DNA of 55,725 bases from Octopus bimaculoides. Lineage: Eukaryota. Of the stretch, positions 41,312 to 53,841 are shown piece by piece. The stretch is taken from the NCBI RefSeq assembly GCF_001194135.2, contig NC_068982.1:182439115-182494839 (forward strand), written 5' to 3'. Positions within the stretch are counted from its first letter, which is position 1. Each line of letters opens with the position of its first letter. The notes beneath the pieces were generated by a model, which saw only the letters and a list, made by a program, of their open reading frames with translations, had not been told where the DNA came from and made no database searches. The position numbers and the translations under genes are program-made.

Positions 41312-42768
41312 AATAAGCATAAACATAAGAGATCTGGCATGTTGATGCTAGGTTGAAGCTAAGAGTAAATGAACTGAAAACTCGTTAAACATGAAACGGA
41401 TTTATATTAAAGAACAATATATATGCACCTGTAATCTAAATGAATTAATTTTCCAATTAATACGTGGAATCGGATGACACGGGTCATAATGTCGAGGCAA
41501 TTTAATTTCGTGATATTACTAATAGGTAATGTCCCGTCAATCAATCTCATATACTCAGTGTGCACAGAACAGTATTTCTCTATCTAACCAGACATCCATC
41601 ACAATAGAAATCATTTTATTTCAGTTGATAGTGAAATTAACAAAGAAAGAAAAAAACAAAACAGCATAATAATTTGAAAAATATAAAAATCAAAGACATT
41701 TTTGTTGCGGAATATATCAGTGGCGTAATATCAAACATCAGGTTGTGTATCATCATCTTAACTACCAACAGATATGGAAATCACTCCAATTTATATGTAT
41801 AACTCTTTCGGTGCTGAGTGAGCCGCCTCGCATACGCGTAATTATTTCTACTATACACGCGATATGCTTCATTGAGCAAAATGAACAACACATTAATGAA
41901 TATTGTTTCCAATTTCCGATATTCAGCATATTTTGCATTGGCATTAAATATTCCATTGATAAGATAATGGCAAATCGTGAAATGTAATTTATTCGTATCG
42001 TCAGCAAAAATAAATTGTCATGTTTAACAGCGTCTAAGCAATTTTCTGTAATCAATAGCGAAAGATGTGGCATCAGAAAGAAACGGAGAGGCTATGTTCG
42101 CTACTAAATTGGCCCTGCGCTAGTGGGCGAGATAATAGAGTCACAAGTATTATTGGGAAACATGTTGCTATCGATCAGAATAAATAGAGGATTTAAGCAG
42201 AAATTGATAGTTAGAAATGACAAATGAAATCGTTCAATATCAAGGATATGAAGTGATTTAGAGAGCACGTAAGTTATGCATTTATACACAGACACACACT
42301 CGCTTACAACCATCTATACAAATATGCGCTCTTGTGAGTTAGTGTGTGTCTGTGTGTGTGTGCGCGTGTGTGTGTGTATGTGTGTGTGTGCGCGCGCTTG
42401 TGAGTGTGCGTCCATGCGAAATTTTGCGTGTGTTTAATATTATGGGTTACACAGCTGGTTAAGCATTATCTTATTCACTCAATATGAAATGTAATATAAA
42501 TAGATATATTGTATACCACAAAATGCCGTTATACTTATATCTTTCGCTCTTCTGGCTCTTCTGACTTTCACCGTGTGTGTGATAAGCTGGTATAGCGATC
42601 AACTTGGTATGTTGTTTACGTTGTCTGTCTATTAAGGAAATGTTCAACAATTGCGTATTTATCACAAACGTTCTTCAGTGCGCTATTTCATCGACTAATG
42701 TATTCAAATTAAGCCAATGGCCCGTTTGAGCTACTTCATCCGTCCTCCTGTCCCTTTTATTTATGCAG

Positions 42769-42836
42769 ATTATCCCGAACTAAGATTGTTCTTAGCTCTT
42801 ACTAAATATTTTAAAGGCCTCCGAACTCAATATCAG
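42769..42836 (+). CDS. Exon-like 68-nt segment (DYPELRLFLALTKYFKGLRTQYQ)
   Basis: CCTGTCCCTTTTATTTATGCAG acceptor, CAG|GTATTC donor, open frame phase 1 to 0; no homology recognised. Confidence 0.25.
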
Positions 42837-43610
42837 GTATTCCTTTCTCCGATCATGAAATCATTGATAATAATTCATACATTTTTCAAATTTTTCTTCC
42901 CTTTTCTTTGAGTGACTTGGTAAAAAAACATTGCTATCCTATATGGACGAATGTTATTTTAAAACATTTTGTGGATTATCTTGTATGGCTTACTTGCAAT
43001 TCCTTATGAATTTTTAATTCAAATCTTTGTCACTAATCCCTTGTGTTATTTTCTCTTAACACCTTAACGATTTAAAAGCTATTAGATTGGGATGTGACTA
43101 GAAAATAAGTGCGTAAATGGAAAAAGAAAAATGAAAATTAATGCCTGCCAATACACACGCATACCTAAATGCACATATGTAGACACACGGAAAGGAACAT
43201 TCAAAATTTTTTTCAATTAAAAATATCAGTTCAATTACATTTTATTTTTTTTAAATTGGCATAAAAGTATAAACGTTTCCAATAAATTCACTACATTGAC
43301 TGGTGGTGAATCATTATTTGTTGCTATTTATAGATTTGAAATTGGACTTTAATCGCTTAAAACGAAAGATATTATTTACCTTGAAAATATTTGAACGTTA
43401 GCTACTGATATATACGTAGGTGGGTGTGTGTGAAAAATAGTTAACAACGACAGAAGCAGTATCAATACAGTAATCTTTATCTCCAACTTAACGTGGATGT
43501 AAATAATGCGTTATTTACCTTGAGAAGATCTATCGTATGCATTCGTAGTGCATAAAAGCACTCTTATTTATATTGTTGATAGAGGAAACCTGTCCGCTAT
43601 GGCCGCCGCG

Positions 43611-44030
43611 ATATAAATATATGCATGTGATTGTATATAAATTGTATGCATGTGATTGTATATAAATTGTATGCATGTGATTGTATATAAATATATGCAT
43701 GTGATTGTATATAAATANNNNNNNNNNNNNNNNNNNNNNNNNNNNNNNNNNNNNNNNNNNNNNNNNNNNNNNNNNNNNNNNNNNNNNNNNNNNNNNNNNN
43801 NNNNNNNNNNNNNNNNNNNNNNNNNNNNNNNNNNNNNNNNNNNNNNNNNNNNNNNNNNNNNNNNNNNNNNNNNNNNNNNNNNNNNNNNNNNNNNNNNNNN
43901 NNNNNNGATATAAATATATGCATGTGATTGTATATAAATTGTATGCATGTGATTGTATATAAATTGTATGCATGTGATTGTATATAAATATATGCATGTG
44001 ATTGTATATAAATATATGCATGTGATTGTA
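43611..44030. repeat. 24/25-bp minisatellite spanning an N gap
   Basis: Units ATATATGCATGTGATTGTATATAA (A) and ATTGTATGCATGTGATTGTATATAA (B); order ABBA-gap-ABBAA. Confidence 0.95.
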
Positions 44031-44655
44031 AACTTAAGGGGGTAATAGTCAAACGGAATGCTGAATGATAATAGAACAGTAGAAAAAATGGGTTTTCAAC
44101 AGTAACAATAGCAATTCACTTCATGTTTCGAGTTACCACTTTTCGCGGCGTACACTGATTTATTGACGGTGATATTTTTTCCGTACACTTATTAGGGACG
44201 GATGTATGTACCCATAACTTCTGACAAGATCGCGAGAGTTGTGACAAAGTATCAGGAAGATTTACTCAATCGGGAAAATTGACCTGGCTGCTTTCAAAAG
44301 ATTGGGTTTCGTTGAAGACACCCATCGTTTAATCGACACAAATAGGCAAAGAAGAAAATTGAAATTAGAATGCAAAGACCAAAATACATTCTGATAGAAT
44401 TTTTCCGATGCACTCAACTGCCTGTAATTGTTCATGAAATAATAATAGAAAAACAAGCATTAACACTTGCATATTTTGAAGCTCAGAGCCCCTAAATATG
44501 AGCTGTTCTTTACATTCTAATTAAAATCCCGCTGAGGTCAATTTTACTTTTCATTTCAGTGGCGCCAATAAATTAAAGTGCATGTCATATAATGGAGTCG
44601 ATGATACCAAAATTACTGGCGTTCTGACAAGATATTTGTCATTAATATTATTAGG

Positions 44656-45005
44656 GTGGTGAGATGGAGTAAGTGTTAGCATGCCGAACAAAATGCTTAG
44701 CAGCATTTCGTCCGTTTTTACTTTCTGAGATCATTTTCCTCTGTGGTCGACTTTGCTTTCATCCCTTCGGGGTCCATAAAACAACTACCACTTGAACACT
44801 GGGGTCGAACTAGGGACGATTTGATTGACTTAAACACGAAATTATTGGCTTTGTGCCAAATTTGAAGCCAATTAGTGTGGCAAGATGGTAGAATCGTTAG
44901 CACAAAACGCTTAGCGGTATTTCTTAGCTTTACATTTTGAATTGCAATTGCGCTGAAGTCGAATTTTCCTTTAACATTTTCGTGGTCGCTAAAATAGGTA
45001 CCAGT
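44656..45005 (+). mobile_element. Two tandem copies of the short tRNA-derived SINE (44656-44855 and 44876-45005)
   Basis: Both start GG(T/C).AGATGG.AG.A..GTTAGCA and share GTCGA.TTT.C.TT..A and downstream core. Confidence 0.75.
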
Positions 45006-45089
45006 TCAACAAAGGTTCATGTAATACACAAGCTATGCTACATCAGAATATCATAGAAAGAGTGATTATTTTTATTCCTATTTATTCTT

Positions 45090-45895
45090 TACCTTTCCAT
45101 TCCTGAGCTATCTATGTCACATCTTAGTTCCTTCCCACAGTCTCAAGAGGCAACTATTTCCTATCGATGCCTTTCACTCCCAATGCTGGGACTTGGTTTT
45201 TCTCGACTTCCTCGTTTCTAGTCGTTACAAAATTCTAGTCTGAAAATATAGCTACGTCGACGAAGGTCCATTTTTTGGACTCCTTCCCTAGGAGAGTGAC
45301 ATTTGGTCAGTTATGTTAGTGATTTATCTGTGTAGACTGGCAACTTGTTCTCCGCTACTGGCACACGTGTTATTTGTACCCCTTTTTGGCACATTGTAGC
45401 CCGTACTTCCTGCACATTTCCTACTGTATTCGCACGGCCACTTTATCATGGAGTTTTTGCACTCCTTTTGGAACAGTTGTGAGCAACCACTAATTGTATA
45501 TCTAAGACTCTGCGATGGCTTTTCAGATAATCTACATAAAGATGGAACTGCTGTCTCATCAACGCTGCACTTGGTTTGCAAAGCTTTTTCCCGAGTAACA
45601 AGGATCAGGTTCTGTCCCCTTCTTTAAAAATCCATAGATTCTTCATCCGATGTTTACTGGAAAAAATCTTCGTGTAAGATTTTCTGTTTCTAGTTGATGA
45701 TCTTTCAATTGTTATTCCTCATTTTGAACTACTGGAGGGTTTCGCCATTATCACTGATCACCTTCTCATTCATTGCAGTCTGCAATATTCTTTCATCGCT
45801 ATTTCTCACATGGACGTGCAAGGACTTCATCTCCTTCATAACACAATTCTTTACTGAAACCAATCCTCATTCACCTTCCTTCCTAGATAAGTAAA
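45090..45895 (-). mobile_element. R4/Dong-like non-LTR 3' fragment, older and more decayed
   Basis: GKEGE*GLVSVKNCV...NSDERILQ...KCSVDETAVPSLCRL...TISGCSQLFQKE; downstream LHDKVAVRI...KWTFVDVAI (RLE region). Confidence 0.8.
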
Positions 45896-46295
45896 GCGTA
45901 GGCCCGGGGGTATAAAGCTACTGCAGACTCACAATAACGAAGGAGATCAATATAGACAAAAGAGAACAATAAATTGTTCTTTGAATGTTGTATTAGGTAT
46001 GAGCCTGAGAAACGAAATTATATAAAAAAGGGTATATATATAACTAAGATTAAAACGAGCATAGAAAAGATTGGAGAAGAGGCGGCATTAAAACTGCAGT
46101 GCAAGAGGAGCAACAGAGGACTGTGTTCCAGCAGAAAAAACCAGTTGAACAAGAGCATGGAGGACTTTGTTTTTCATCATGCTTTTCGGAGTCGGTAATA
46201 TAAGTACTAGTTAAGCACTGGAGTTGTCGTAAACAACTGACCACTTCCCCGAACTTTACTGGCCATGTGCCAAAATTATTATTATTATTATTATT

Positions 46296-46961
46296 CAGTA
46301 GTTTTATTTTTATAACGTGCTTTCATTTCACTACCGAGCGCAGCTCTGTGTGATTTGAGTATGTGCTGTGGTTTCCTGTGATACTCTTATGGTTACTGTA
46401 TTGACAGTGTTTTGCGTAGGATGTGTTCAGTGCCCAGTAGTGCAATTTTCTGTATGCTATATATATTTGTAAGTCCTGGTATTTTTGTTATGTATTTGTC
46501 TGAATATTTTTTTATCATACATAAGGCGCCTACTATGATAGGAATTGTTTGTGTTTTTAGATTCCACATTCGAGTTACCTCTATTTCCAGGTCTTTGTAG
46601 TTTGAAAGTTTTTTCCATTTCTTTTAGGGAAACGTTGTCATCTGCTGGTATTGATACTTCACTTAGAAAGCATTTTTTCCTTCATGATCTGTGACAACTC
46701 TATCTGGTCTACTGGCCTTAATTTCTCTATATGTGACATTTTCTGGTGTGTGTTTATACCATCTTTCTTCTGTTGTTATTCCATAGTGTTGGCATAGCTT
46801 CCAGTGTATATAGGTCCCAGCTCTGTCGTGTCTGTGAATATATTCCTTCTTAGCCAGGACTGGGCAGCCAGAGTAAATATGATTTATTGTTCCTTGTCCA
46901 TCACCACATATTCTGCAGTTACTTGTTATGTTTCTTTTCATTATATGTCTTTGGTAATTTC
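46296..46961 (-). mobile_element. R4/Dong-like non-LTR 3' fragment with intact 3' end, flanked by (TAA)n on both sides
   Basis: CRICGDGQGTINHIYSGCPVLAKKEYIHRHDRAGTYIHWKLCQHY; IQKIALLGTEHILRKTLSIQ*; AATAAA then (AAT)n at 46275-46295; (TAA)n at 46962-47006. Confidence 0.9.
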
Positions 46962-47007
<46 letters not shown>

Positions 47008-47576
47008 CTTGAAACTTATATTTCAGTCAAAATGGCACAATAAAGAGCTTAAATAAATCATAAACTTTTCGCAGTCTGCAATTCAGGATGTGAAATGTAA
47101 TTAGCATGTGTAACTCTAACTTGTAAGGTAGGCAAATTTCGCTTCCTTACATTTTATCACCCAATTCTGTTTACTATTTATTACCGGAATTTGAATTTTT
47201 ATTGCTACGCTTGTACATCATCAGTCACGGTAATGATGGATTTAGGAAATTTACAGTTCCTAATAAGTAGCCAGATATTCACAGGAAAATATGAAAAAAT
47301 AACTCAAGATATAATGCAAATGATAATAATAACAGCAACAACAACAACAGCAACAACATCATCATAAAAAAAAATTTAAATAATAAAATACTCAATAGCC
47401 ATGGTTTTTTTTAATTTACGTTTTTTTTTTTACAGGATATCTAACAAAAATTACGAAATGAGATGATTAGTTATTGCTATTGATGAGGTGAAACAAATTA
47501 AGAGCAAAATAATTAGAATAGGAAATATTTGAAGCTGACAATGTGTGAACGTATGTATGCCTGTTTATAGAGAAGC

Positions 47577-47614
<38 letters not shown>

Positions 47615-47907
47615 AGAGAGGAGGAGAGACAGACAAACAGACAGAGACAGAGACAGAGACAGAGAGATATTAATTCATTAGGCAAGTCTAACTGCCATAA
47701 CTTCTTTTCAGTTATTCAATATATTGTTAGCAAGTGTACTCTATATATAACAGTATGCACATTTGGTGAATATATCTTAGCCTGCTGTTGGGTTGTATTA
47801 TTTTCATTACTATTAAATTTCAAATGAAAGCAAGTATGCGAATATTATGTCCAGTATATTTTAATATAACTTAAAACAGGATTAATCTTTCGTGAGTGTG
47901 TAGATAG

Positions 47908-47972
<65 letters not shown>

Positions 47973-48561
47973 CATAAATATACAGGGATTAGCATTGAGT
48001 TGCTTCTCCAACATACTGAAAATTTAGAAATAGCAGTCAAAGAACTACTGATTCTAAACTACAAATTTTAGGGGAGGTAATATATAAATTTTAGGGGAGG
48101 TAATCAGTGATAGTTTTATTAGAAGCAGACGGGGTGATTAAGCATTTTTGGGAATCGAATTGTTTAGATTAGAAATGTATTTGCTTATGAACTAAAATAT
48201 TTACATAGCCAAAAATTGTCTATATGTTCATATTCAGGAGCTGTTGATATTGTTCGCTAGATATAGTCTCCATGCGTTGTTTAACAGAAGCTGTTTCATT
48301 GCATTTGTATGGAGGGTAAATTTTGAAGTTTGGTTGGAGATTCCCCGCACATCTCTCACATAGGTTCGCCTATTGTTATTTGTCCTTATCTTGAGAAACG
48401 TATTTTTTCATTATGCATTGCTGTTCTCCCTCTGGATGACATTCTTGTTTGACCTATTGAGTTGTATTGTATATTCATTCTCAACAACTGACGACCGTAA
48501 TCAAGTTTTCGGCTGCACAGGTAATCTCAGTCTCAATCTTGAATGTTTTTCTTTGCTTCAA

Positions 48562-48617
48562 ATGAAACTCCGAACCTTGACACGAAACAAACTCACAGTT
48601 TCAGTTGCTATGAAAAG

Positions 48618-48715
<98 letters not shown>

Positions 48716-48887
48716 ATACACAAATATACGCACACGCACACGCCCGCAGAGGAAAACAGACACGCACGGACATGTAGACACACACGCAAACACACACACA
48801 CACACATATATATATATATTTATACATATATATATAGCTTTTCATAGCAACTGAAACTGTGAGTTTGCTTCGTGTCAAAAGTTTCAT
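48562..48887. repeat. Foldback: ~60-bp inverted arms around a (TA)n(TG)n...(CA)n(TA)n spacer
   Basis: TTGACACGAAACAAACTCACAGTTTCAGTTGCTATGAAAAGCTATATA (48577-48624) vs TATATAGCTTTTCATAGCAACTGAAACTGTGAGTTTGCTTCGTGTCAA (48831-48878). Confidence 0.85.
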
Positions 48888-49239
48888 GACTTCCATTTAC
48901 AGGCAACCGATGTAACAACTTTCTATTGGTGTTTTATTTTTATTAAGTGTGGTTTGTTGTGTATGGTAGTTCACTGAGTAACTGTTTCCTGATTACTTTG
49001 TAGAACGTATTGTTTTCGCTTCCTCATTGTTATTTTAAGCATCTTGTGTTGTGGTATTTGGACTTCTTGCACTTTTAGATGGTAAGCGTTTTTATCCATT
49101 TGTGTATTTGCCTGCATATCAAGGTTTTTAATAAATAATATTGTGTTCATCGAGCTTTAGCATTCTTTCCTTTAAATTTGTGTTGTGCTACGGTCATACC
49201 AATGTTCATAGATCTTCCTTTCCGAATCATATAGTCTCA

Positions 49240-49455
49240 CAGAGCCGGTTTCCTGGTTTCTGAGGCATATATACTCTCACTTGACGAAACGCCGGTCCGT
49301 CAGAGGAATACTCATTTTTGTCAACTGAGAGGACAGCAGCAATTTGAAATGAAGTGTTTTTCTCAAGAATGCAACCGTCCTAGAATCACCTGTCCTAGAA
49401 TTGAAACCACAATCTTACGATCATAAGGCAAAGAGGCTAACCACTAAACCTCCAT
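49240..49455 (-). mobile_element. Decayed tRNA-derived SINE
   Basis: Minus head CATGGAGGTTTAGTGGTTAG...GTGGTTTCAATTCTAGG (A/B-box-like). Confidence 0.6.
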
Positions 49456-50132
49456 GTTGGTCAAAGTACATAAATAATAAATTGTCTCCGAGATGCGCTG
49501 TATGTTTCTTAGCGAATGTTTATGAAGCAATGTTGCTGCGAAATTTATGGACATGTTTGTCAATAGACATATTTTCGTGAATAGTGTTTTTATGAGCGAA
49601 TGGTTTTGGTGTGGTGAGTTTTTGTGGTAATGAATAAACATTTGTTACTTATGTTTATATTCATGTGTGTCTTGGTATGACTGCAAAGAGATTTTGTTTT
49701 AGGTAGGACCAAATATTTTTTCTTGCTTTGATAAATTATGTGTGTTCGCTGAGCGTATAGTATATGCGATGCCTAGTGATGCGTCGCTGTTTCTGTTGTT
49801 TGGCTTTGTATAACTGTGTGCATATGCCAACACATTTGCATATTCGTTGGTATATGTCTATGCTTCTTCTTTAAGAATTTATGCGATGTCTTGCGTGTAC
49901 GAATGTTTTCGTTTTCTATGTTATGTATATGTGGATTTTTCCCTTTCATACATACATATTTATTTGTGTTCTATGACCATTGGTAAAAGAAAAGTAACTT
50001 CTCAGATTTATATAAAAGCATACCACCGTCGGATGACCACCGCCTACCATTCACACGTTCACACAATTTATTTTGTGTGAATATCCATACAAAAACGAGA
50101 TCCTAATTACCGCGCGTACGCACAGACACGCG

Positions 50133-50171
<39 letters not shown>

Positions 50172-50501
50172 ACACACACATTAACATTCAAACATAAACT
50201 CAGCTTCCTTTTCCTAAGAAATGAGAAACCTAATTCCGGAAACAAAACAATCTTCATTGGTGAAAGTGCTATTTAATAGGGTTATATTACTCTTAGTAGA
50301 TATTACGTTAGTTTCTTTAACAAATAATCCATAATGATCATCCTGAGATACATCAAATTCATAAACAACTGATCTCATAAATGACATTTATTATTTATTT
50401 GAAAACTTAATACGTGCGCGCACACTCACACCATGAAAAAAACACGATTATTTACTTTATTTACATTTGATGGATATTTGTCCTCATCTTGTTTGTTGTT
50501 A

Positions 50502-50545
50502 AGACAACTTTTCGGCTGATATACCCTCCAGCCTTCATCGGGTGT
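50502..50545 (-). ncRNA. Second, inverted HHR-like copy
   Basis: ACAC-CCGATGA-AGGCTG...CAGCC-GAAA-AGTT-GTCT; core U-to-C, perfect stem II. Confidence 0.6.
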
Positions 50546-50581
50546 CTTGGGGAAATTTCGGACCTGGGTTCTCATTCCTAA

Positions 50582-50654
50582 GGGCATATGGCGTAGTGGT
50601 TAAGAGTGCGGGCTACTAACCCCAAGATTCCGAGTTCGATTCCAGGCAGTGACT

Positions 50655-50656
<2 letters not shown>
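50582..50656 (+). ncRNA. tRNA-derived SINE head / tRNA pseudogene
   Basis: A box TGGCGTAGTGG, anticodon-like arm GGG-CTACTAA-CCC, B box GAGTTCGATTCC; acceptor stem not formed. Confidence 0.8.
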
Positions 50657-50712
<56 letters not shown>

Positions 50713-50801
50713 CAACAACAACAACAACAGCAACAACAACAACAACAACAACAACAACATCATCGAAAAATATGAGAACCCAGTTTCGAATTTACCCCAA
50801 G

Positions 50802-50845
50802 ACACCTGATGAAGACTGGAGGGTATATCAGCCGAAAAGTTGTGT
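50802..50845 (+). ncRNA. Minimal type I hammerhead ribozyme-like motif
   Basis: Stem I ACAC/GTGT; CTGATGA 50806-50812; stem II GACTG/CAGCC (one mismatch); GAAA 50834-50837; AGTT where a palindromic CGTT would be expected. Confidence 0.7.
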
Positions 50846-51339
50846 TAACAACAAATAAGATGAGGACAAATATCCGTGAAATGTAAATAATGTACATAAT
50901 TCCTCATCTCTTAACCGTAGAACTGAAGTTAATGCCACACCCTCTCACCTAAATTTGGTAGAAATTCAAGCACCATACCAGGGAAAATTACATAAAGAAA
51001 CAATGAAAAGGCCAAAAAAACATCCATTGAAAGAAACGAAATCCTAACCATTGAACAAACAAAAGTAACAGCTCACAAACACCACCGGAAAGATATAAGT
51101 ACGTCAGCAATATTAAGTTGTAGCAGTTTTCATCAGAAGACCAGAATGTCATTTAACTCAAGTTATAGGATAAATTCAGTTCCAATTTCAATAATGCAAA
51201 CCATATACCGCACCACATGCATTATGCTTCTCTCTCTTTCTCTCTCTCTTTATCTATCTATCTCTATCTCTCTCTCTCCCCTCTATCTCTCTCTCTCATA
51301 AAAAAACATATACATACATATAAACACACACACACACAC

Positions 51340-51395
<56 letters not shown>

Positions 51396-52213
51396 GGGTG
51401 TTATTATTTAGTCTAATTTCAAGAGCCGGTTTCTAACCTAAATGCAAGGTTTTTTCAATGGGATTTCAACAACAGCAACAGGATATCTTTGCAAGTATGT
51501 ATATGTGCAGATTTGCATGTTTTGCTTTATACATGTATTCTCATATGTACATATGTATGTATATATAATTTTGTAATTTACTACATGGATTCGTAGATTC
51601 ATGCGGCTATCATGGAAACGCCTCTAGCGGACCTGGATAGCAGACGACACACTGATCCAATACTGAGAAGTATAATTGAGAGTTTTATGCTGAAATTATT
51701 ACACGTGTAGTATATACACCATAAAAAGTCAAGATGTATGAGAGGTGAATATATTTATTCAACCTGTTTTCATCCTTAAGACTACGGCCGCTTCACAAAC
51801 TTCATAATGTAATAATAGTTTCAGTGTATGAGATATTTTACATGTCTTCGTTGATATGAATGTTATACATTGTACAATTATTAATTCACATAACAGTGCA
51901 CATAAAGAAAGCTAGCCCATCAGATCACTAGAAGATATTGGTTACACCAATTCTTCAAATTTCAGTATACATATAAAATTACTCTTTATCTATACAATGT
52001 ATGGAAGACTAATACTAAATAAATTTAAGACTGGTCGTTAAAAGTAAATATGAATCATAAATTTATTTTCGTGGGAAAATGAATTTGACTGGAGGCTGTC
52101 GGTGCTGCCACCAACAGTTGCTTTCGGAGTAAGAGAGTGAGAGTGAGAGATTTTACTAAGAAACAAGAGAGCCTGAAGATTTTCTTCGAAGAGAGAGAAC
52201 CGTTTCAGGATTT

Positions 52214-52390
<177 letters not shown>

Positions 52391-53090
52391 AGTCTTTTTT
52401 CTTATGAGTGAGCATAAAATATTTTCATATAACCATTTTTAAAACATTTTTAAGCGTTCTAGTAATTGTAGAGATCACCAGTTCGCCCTTCTTATGGGGC
52501 TCTTCAGTACAACATAACTTAGTATCTTAAAATTAGTTATCTATGTTTATTGAAAATCTTTAGGAATTATTAACGATAGATTTTCTTTTCTTCTTTTTGT
52601 CTTAACAGTGCAGAAATGGAGTGAAGAGTTAGAAGTGGGGGAAATGAGAGTAAAATAAAATTTAACATTATATTTAAGTATGATCGATATTTTCTATATT
52701 TTTTTTTAGTTTGAACAGCGGAGGAGAGGCGAAGATTGGATCTGAGTTCATGGAATTGAGCGTTGTTACAGTTAACAATAGACAAGAAAGGCTTGGAGTA
52801 GTACTAAAGTAGTTATATTAAAGAAAGAGAATAATATTTTCTAAAATTTATATTAAGCGGAGACATCAAGAATTTATATTTAAAAACATATATTTTATCT
52901 TTTTTTTATTTAATACAAATAGGCATCTTCGCACAGAGGTGTGAGTTGTTTAAAACGGTATGAAATAATGGAAATATATATGTATATGCATATGTGTATA
53001 AGTCTGTGTGTGTAATTCACCACAGTAACAGCTTTCGTAAATCATTACATTTTGTTATTCATTACAATTCGCCTAAATTAATGCATAACC

Positions 53091-53288
53091 TAAGGCGGTG
53101 AACAGGCAGCGTCGTTGGCGACACTTTTTTTGTGTGTTTGTTTGCCTTCTTAATTCAGTTTACTCCGATGTCGATTTTGTCCTTCATCTTTTCGAGATCG
53201 ATAAAATAAATACCATTTGGGCACTGAGGTCGATATAGTAGACTAACCCACTCTCCCAAACTTGCTGAGCTTGAATCATAATTTGAAA
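53091..53288 (+). mobile_element. Decayed short tRNA-derived SINE
   Basis: AAGGCGGTGAAC.GGCAG..TCGTT...GTCGATTTTGTCCTTCATC.TTTCG.G.TCGATAAAATAA.TACCA. Confidence 0.7.
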
Positions 53289-53786
53289 CTATTATGTTGA
53301 TGTATATCATGACACGGTTTCTAAGGATAAATATTTGGCCTGCCACTAATCGTCAGTTCTTCAGTACTGATAAAACACGTTTCCCCATTAAACTCAACCA
53401 TGTCTTTAAAACAAAATATTATTTAAATATTATAAGATGTATTTCTTCCATTCATTTTGTTGTAAGCACCTTCATTTGTTCACAATTAGTATTTTTAAAA
53501 TACTACTTTTTAACAAATCCTTCAGTCAAAACAAACGAAACTGTAAAAGTTAAGGAATTTGAATCCTGAAAGTACGTGTGACTAATTGCGCTTGTGCTGT
53601 TTTGTGTATAAACCAGTATTTATTTTTGAAGTGTGTGGATGTAGGTTTGAATGTGTGTGTATGTGTGTGTGTGTGTGTGTGTATGTGTGTGAGTGTGTGT
53701 GGGGGTATTTACAAAAATGATATACATTCCTTGTATATAACAATAAACACGGAGATATCGTTATGTATATATAGATAGAAAGTGAA

Positions 53787-53841
<55 letters not shown>

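Larger units (their letters stand above)
50447..50925 (+). mobile_element. Composite: inverted pLTR/HHR arm (50447-50575), tRNA head (50582-50656), (AAT)n(AAC)n, pLTR/HHR tail (50772-50925)
   Basis: Arms are reverse complements over ~125 bp; Pol III boxes in the head; HHR-like cores in both arms. Confidence 0.8.

Noticed and set aside
43611-44030. Higher-order ABBA structure of the minisatellite, or a CRISPR-like array
   Set aside because: No unique spacers. The post-gap segment restarts with the same GATATAA boundary as the unique left edge, so both sides are probably the same sequence assembled twice.
50582-50656. Functional tRNA gene
   Set aside because: Acceptor stem not formed and followed by an (AAT)n tail; SINE head.
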